A stretch of DNA of 32,000 nt, taken from contig NZ_LN831039.1 in assembly GCF_001457595.1 (NCBI RefSeq), positions 420,001 through 452,000 on the forward strand, written 5' to 3'. Shown piece by piece: positions 28,271 through 32,000 of the stretch (positions are counted from its first letter, which is position 1; each line of letters starts with the position of its first letter). The DNA is from Mycolicibacterium smegmatis (GTDB lineage: Bacteria; Actinomycetota; Actinomycetes; Mycobacteriales; Mycobacteriaceae). The translations under genes were made by a program, and so were the position numbers. Under the pieces are notes generated by a model. The model did no database searches, was not told the origin of the DNA, and saw nothing but the letters and a program-made list of their open reading frames with translations.

Positions 28271-28507
28271 TTTTCCTCCTCGACGAGAATGCCACTTGAG
28301 GTTGGGTACTCCGGATAAGTTACCCACCAGTAACTGCGGCCAACTATACCGTTCAGTAACTTCAACGCAAGCCCGGTGCTGGCAATTTCCGACCGCTGAC
28401 CAACCCAACGGTTGATCGACCAGGCGTTCACGGTCGGGCACCCCTCCTGAAGTGCGCCTTCGTTCGAATGTGAGGATCGTCACGCGGCGCCTCGCTAGAT
28501 TGGCTCA
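28271..28507. promoter_or_regulatory. Divergent fadE5 / Rv0926c-like promoter region with an AGTAACT-type repeat set
   Basis: 237-bp intergenic region. AGTTAC (28318-23) and GTAACT (28330-35) form an inverted repeat. AGTAACT occurs at 28329-35 and again at 28355-61. Confidence 0.4.
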
Positions 28508-29596
28508 ATGCGGCGGATCGCGGTGTGGGGAACGGGAAACATGGGGTCGACGGCCATCCGCTCGGCGGTGGCGTTCCCCGGACTCGAACTGGCGGCGGTC
28601 ATCACGTCTTCGCAGGACAAAGTGGGTCGCGACGCCGCGATGTTCGCCGGTCTCGCCGAGCCGACGGGCGTCACCGCGACAGACGACGTCGACTCCGCGC
28701 TCGGCGCGTGCGATGCCGTCGCCTACATGGCCTCCGGTGACATCCGGCCCGAGGAGGCGATCGCTGACATCGAGCGCTGTCTGCGTTCTGGCAAACATGT
28801 CGTGACCCCCGCGCTGTACTCCCTCTACGACCCGCGGTCCGCCCCCGAACACTGGGTCGAGCGCCTCACCGACGCCGCGACGGCAGGCAACGCGACCCTT
28901 CTCGTCAGCGGTGTCGACCCGGGGTGGGCCAACGACGCGCTCGCGGTGACCGCGGCCGGACTGTGCACACGCATTCGCAGCATCCGGTGTCAGGAGATCT
29001 TCGACTACTCGACCTACGACCAGCCGTACGCCGTGCGCGTGCTGTGCGGCTTCGGGACACCCATGGGCCCGGACGATCCCGTGCCGATGATGCTGCTCCC
29101 GACGATCCCGACCATGGTGTGGGGCGGCAACGTTCGCATGATCGGCCGGGGGCTGGGACTGCAGATCGACGACATCACCGAGAAGGTGGAACGGCTGCCC
29201 TTGGCTCAGGCGTGCGAGAACGTGCTGGGCCGCTTCGAGACGGGCACGCAGGGTGCGTTCCGGGTGCAGGTGATCGGATGGGCGGACGGGGTCGAGCGCG
29301 TCGTCATCGACCACATCACGCGCATCGACCCGGCGTGCGCCCCGGACTGGCCGCAGCCCGACCAGGGTGCGGGGGATCACCGGGTGCTCATCGACGGGGA
29401 TCCCCAGCTGAGCATCGTCGTGCGCGCCGACGTACCGGGCGGCACGCGGGCCGACGGCGGCAACACCACGGCAACCAACCGCCTTCTCGGTGCCATCGCC
29501 TGGCTGGCCGAACAGAAGCCCGGCATCTACGACGGCCTGGATGTGCCGTTGCATCCGCCGCTGCCGGCCGAGGCCGAGGCGACCCGCTGGGCCTGA
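28508..29596 (+). CDS. Rv0926c-like NAD(P)-binding Rossmann protein (DapB N-terminal-like), function unknown
   Basis: 362 aa, ATG 28508, TGA 29594-96. The N-terminal dinucleotide loop is RIAVWGTGNMGSTAIR. Its position between fadE5 and pks matches the conserved GPL-locus synteny. Confidence 0.8.
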   Translation: MRRIAVWGTGNMGSTAIRSAVAFPGLELAAVITSSQDKVGRDAAMFAGLAEPTGVTATDDVDSALGACDAVAYMASGDIRPEEAIADIERCLRSGKHVVTPALYSLYDPRSAPEHWVERLTDAATAGNATLLVSGVDPGWANDALAVTAAGLCTRIRSIRCQEIFDYSTYDQPYAVRVLCGFGTPMGPDDPVPMMLLPTIPTMVWGGNVRMIGRGLGLQIDDITEKVERLPLAQACENVLGRFETGTQGAFRVQVIGWADGVERVVIDHITRIDPACAPDWPQPDQGAGDHRVLIDGDPQLSIVVRADVPGGTRADGGNTTATNRLLGAIAWLAEQKPGIYDGLDVPLHPPLPAEAEATRWA

Positions 29597-29613
29597 GCCT
29601 GTCGGCTCAGGCC
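29590..29613. terminator. Perfect 10-bp stem / 4-nt loop hairpin shared by the convergent Rv0926c-like and pks genes
   Basis: GGCCTGAGCC (29590-99) pairs with GGCTCAGGCC (29604-13) around the loop TGTC. The plus-strand stop TGA (29594-96) pairs with the minus-strand stop (TCA 29607-09). Confidence 0.5.
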
Positions 29614-32000
29614 GTTTCGGGCGCCTCGGCGTCGGGCAGCTGACCCACGAGGTACTCCGCGAGCCCGCCGATGGTCGGGTAGTCGAACACCGCGGTCGCG
29701 TTGATGGTGAACTTGCCGCCGAACTGGCTGTGCAGCCGGTTGCGCAACTCGATCGCCATCAGGGAGTCCGTGCCGAGGTCCAAGAACCGGCTCGACGCCG
29801 CGGGCGGCGACGCGAGGCGCAGGAAGTTCTGCACCTCGCGCTGCAGGAACTCGGTGACGAACCCGGCGCGCTGCGGTATCGGGATCTCCATCAACTGCTT
29901 GAGCAGCTCGCTGTCACCCGTGGCCTCCCCGGCCGCGCTCGGCAGGACGAGGTCCAGGATCGGCGGACGCGCCGAACCGAGAACCTTCGCCGCGCGCTGC
30001 CAGTTGGCCTTGAGCACCGTCGCCTGTCCGGACCCGTTCGCGATGACCTCGGCCAGCGCGTGCAACGCGGCCGAGGGATCCAACGGGATCAGACCTTGGG
30101 CGGTGATGTTCGCGGTCGCGGCCTCCGACGACGCCATGCCGCCCTGACCCCACGGCCCGAAGTTGATGCCCGTGGCCACCAGACCCTGCGCGCGGCGCCT
30201 GGCGACCAGACCGTCGAGCATCGCGTTGGCGGTCGCGTAGTTGGCCTGCCCCGGTGAACCGAACAGGCTCGACACCGACGAGGACACGATGAAGAAGTCC
30301 AGGTCGTCGTCGCGCGTCAGGCGGTCCAGGTGGCTTGCGCCATAGGCCTTGGGCGCCAACGTGGTCCGGAAGCGCTCGGGGTTCTGCGCCGACAACAGCG
30401 CGTCGTCGAGCACGCCCGCCAGATGGGCGATTCCGGCCAGCGGAGGCAACTCGGCCCGTATCCGCGCGAGCAGATCGGCCACCTGTGCCTCGTCACCCAC
30501 ATCGGCCGCATAGGTGTGGATGCGGCACTTGTGGCGCTCGGTGATCTCGTCGATCGCCCGCCGGGCCGACTCGTCGGGCTCGCGCCGGCTGGTCAACACG
30601 ATGTCGCCCGCGCCGAGCTGCGCCAGATACGCCGTCGTGTGCAGGCCGATCGCTCCGAGTCCGCCGGTGATCAGGTAGCTCCGATCGGGCTGTGGCTGAA
30701 GGGGTTTGGGGACCTGCAGCACGATCTTGCCGATGTGGCGCGCCTGCTGCATGCGCCGGAACGCCGACCGGGCCTCGGTGATCGGGTAGATCTCGGCGGG
30801 CAGTGGTGTCCACTCGCCGCGCGCCATCCCGTCGGACACCTCGGTGAGCAATGCGCGGATGCGATCGGGTTCGGTGAACATCACGGTGTCCAGCGCGACG
30901 ATCTCGTACGCGATGTCGGGGCGGGCCTCGGCCATCTGCTCATGCGACCAGATGTCACGCTTGGCGATCTCGGCGAAGCGGCCGCCCTGCGCGGTGGCCT
31001 TCAGCGTCGCCTCGATGAAACCCTCGCTCGTGAGGCTGTTGAGCACCACGTCCACGCCGGCACCGTTGGTGTCCGCGAGGATCTGATCGGCGAAGTCCGT
31101 CGTCCGCGAGTCGTAGACGTACTTCACGCCCAGCCTGCGCAGGGTCGAGCGCTTGAAGGTGCTCGCGGTGGCGAACACCTCGGCGCCGAACTGCTGCGCC
31201 ATCTGGATGGCCGCCAGGCCGACACCACCGCTGGCGGCGTGGATGAGCACCTTGTCTCCGGGCTTGAGCTGGGCCCAGTCGAACGCGAGCCGGACCGTCA
31301 GCGCCGCGGCCGGGATCGTCGCGGCCTCGACCGCGCCGATGCCGTCGGGAATCGGCGCCAGGAACTGGGCGGGCACGTTGAAGCGGCTCGCGAAGGCGCC
31401 CTGCATCGACCCGTACACGCGTTGGCCGATCTCGAGCCCGCTCACGCCGGCCCCCAATCGGGTCACGGTGCCTGCGAAGTCGCCGCCGATCGGTCCCGGA
31501 TCACCCGGGTACAGGCCGAGCACGTTGAGCACGTCGCGGAAGTTGAGGCCCGCGGCCTCGACCCGAACCTGCACGTAGCCCTCGTCCGGCTCCGGCACGT
31601 CCGTCTGCATGAGGCGCAGGTTGTCGATCGCGCCCCGCTCGGTGGGCGCGAGGACGAAGTCGCCCCCGCGCGGCAGCGTGAGATGACCGCTGCGGGCCCA
31701 CGGCAACAACCGTGATGCCAGCAGTTTGCCCTGCCGCACGGCGATTTCCGGTTCCTGGATGCCCGGTGCGGCCAGCAGAGCGGCCAGCAGGTCGACGGCC
31801 TCGGAAGATCCGTCACAGTCGACGAGCCGGCAGTGTAGCGCCGGTTCCTCGTTGATCGTCGTGCGGCCGAAGCCCCACAGCGCTGCCTGCACCGGGTCCA
31901 CCGGCTCGCCGGATTCACATGCCACGCCGTGTTCGGTGACGATCCAGAGTCCGCCGGGCAGTTTCACGCTGCCGCCCTGCGCGGCGTGCACTGCGCTGAG
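29607..32000 (-). CDS. pks: Type I polyketide synthase, C-terminal psiKR-ER-KR-ACP portion (5' end beyond the right edge); GPL lipid-moiety PKS
   Basis: The frame is open from the right edge to the stop at 29607-09. Domain evidence: psiKR-like ALWGFGRTTINEEPALHCRLVD; ER NADPH loop IHAASGGVGLAA (about 31208-31243); KR Rossmann YLITGGLGAIG (about 30645-30677); ACP LGTDSLMAIELRNRL with Ser codon 29763-65. Confidence 0.93.
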   Translation of the reverse strand, partial: LSAVHAAQGGSVKLPGGLWIVTEHGVACESGEPVDPVQAALWGFGRTTINEEPALHCRLVDCDGSSEAVDLLAALLAAPGIQEPEIAVRQGKLLASRLLPWARSGHLTLPRGGDFVLAPTERGAIDNLRLMQTDVPEPDEGYVQVRVEAAGLNFRDVLNVLGLYPGDPGPIGGDFAGTVTRLGAGVSGLEIGQRVYGSMQGAFASRFNVPAQFLAPIPDGIGAVEAATIPAAALTVRLAFDWAQLKPGDKVLIHAASGGVGLAAIQMAQQFGAEVFATASTFKRSTLRRLGVKYVYDSRTTDFADQILADTNGAGVDVVLNSLTSEGFIEATLKATAQGGRFAEIAKRDIWSHEQMAEARPDIAYEIVALDTVMFTEPDRIRALLTEVSDGMARGEWTPLPAEIYPITEARSAFRRMQQARHIGKIVLQVPKPLQPQPDRSYLITGGLGAIGLHTTAYLAQLGAGDIVLTSRREPDESARRAIDEITERHKCRIHTYAADVGDEAQVADLLARIRAELPPLAGIAHLAGVLDDALLSAQNPERFRTTLAPKAYGASHLDRLTRDDDLDFFIVSSSVSSLFGSPGQANYATANAMLDGLVARRRAQGLVATGINFGPWGQGGMASSEAATANITAQGLIPLDPSAALHALAEVIANGSGQATVLKANWQRAAKVLGSARPPILDLVLPSAAGEATGDSELLKQLMEIPIPQRAGFVTEFLQREVQNFLRLASPPAASSRFLDLGTDSLMAIELRNRLHSQFGGKFTINATAVFDYPTIGGLAEYLVGQLPDAEAPETA

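Noticed and set aside
27116-28318. 400-aa plus-strand ORF overlapping fadE5.
   Set aside because: It is antisense to a gene with unmistakable acyl-CoA dehydrogenase sequence. Its translation is a low-complexity Gly/Val/Asp/His/Leu string with no recognisable domain.
28271-28483. In-frame 71-codon N-terminal extension of the fadE5 ORF (track start at 28483).
   Set aside because: A perfect SD (GAGGAGG) precedes GTG 28270, and the protein from that codon ([12 protein letters not shown]...) matches the FadE5 N-terminus and its 611-aa length as I remember them. The extension lies in AT-richer promoter-like DNA.
4132-28507. The hypothesis that the locus ECF sigma factor directly drives the gtf, mbtH-mps, fadE5 or Rv0926c-like promoters.
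   Set aside because: Reading the intergenic regions 461-673, 4132-5649 and 28271-28507 on both strands, I found no TGTCGA with a properly spaced CGTC/CGAC. Only near-misses occur, such as TGTCGG and TGTCGT. The motif is seen only upstream of the DGPF/sigma operon itself. A matrix scan could still reveal weaker sites.
30330-31715. 461-aa plus-strand ORF inside the pks region.
   Set aside because: It is antisense to a frame with ordered ER, KR and ACP motifs, and its translation is a low-complexity Arg/Gly/Asp/Leu/Val string.

Overview
High-GC actinobacterial DNA. Gene content and order match the core of the mycobacterial glycopeptidolipid (GPL) locus as known from Mycolicibacterium smegmatis and relatives. 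I could run no searches, so identification rests on motifs read from the ORF track and on remembered synteny.

Left to right:
- the 3' end of a SAM methyltransferase
- a TylF-type O-methyltransferase
- a zinc-ribbon TylCIII-type methyltransferase (minus strand)
- a GT1 glycosyltransferase (minus strand)
- a 1.5-kb AT-rich, almost gene-free island
- mbtH-mps1-mps2-gap
- a DGPF (YCII-like) protein plus an ECF sigma factor with a long C-terminal extension
- fadE5 (minus strand)
- an Rv0926c-like Rossmann protein
- the 3' part (psiKR-ER-KR-ACP) of a type I PKS (minus strand, runs off the right edge)

The two NRPS genes encode four modules, C-A-T-E / C-A-T-E / C|A-T-E / C-A-T-R. This fits acyl-D-Phe-D-alloThr-D-Ala-L-alaninol.

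I saw no rRNA, tRNA, CRISPR array, transposase or prophage gene. The locus itself is a described system.

Observations worth a second look:
1. The mps1/mps2 break sits inside a C-A linker. It has an ATGA overlap and a 12-nt near-duplicate, and removing 26 nt would restore one ORF.
2. The DGPF/ECF pair looks like the ECF42 type. A candidate TGTCGA-N17-CGTC autoregulatory promoter directly follows a perfect 12-bp tandem repeat.
3. The AT-rich control island upstream of mbtH carries several repeat families and a possible leaderless 84-codon ORF.
4. Two hairpins embed stop codons of convergent genes.
5. Both Ala-activating A domains have non-canonical specificity pockets.
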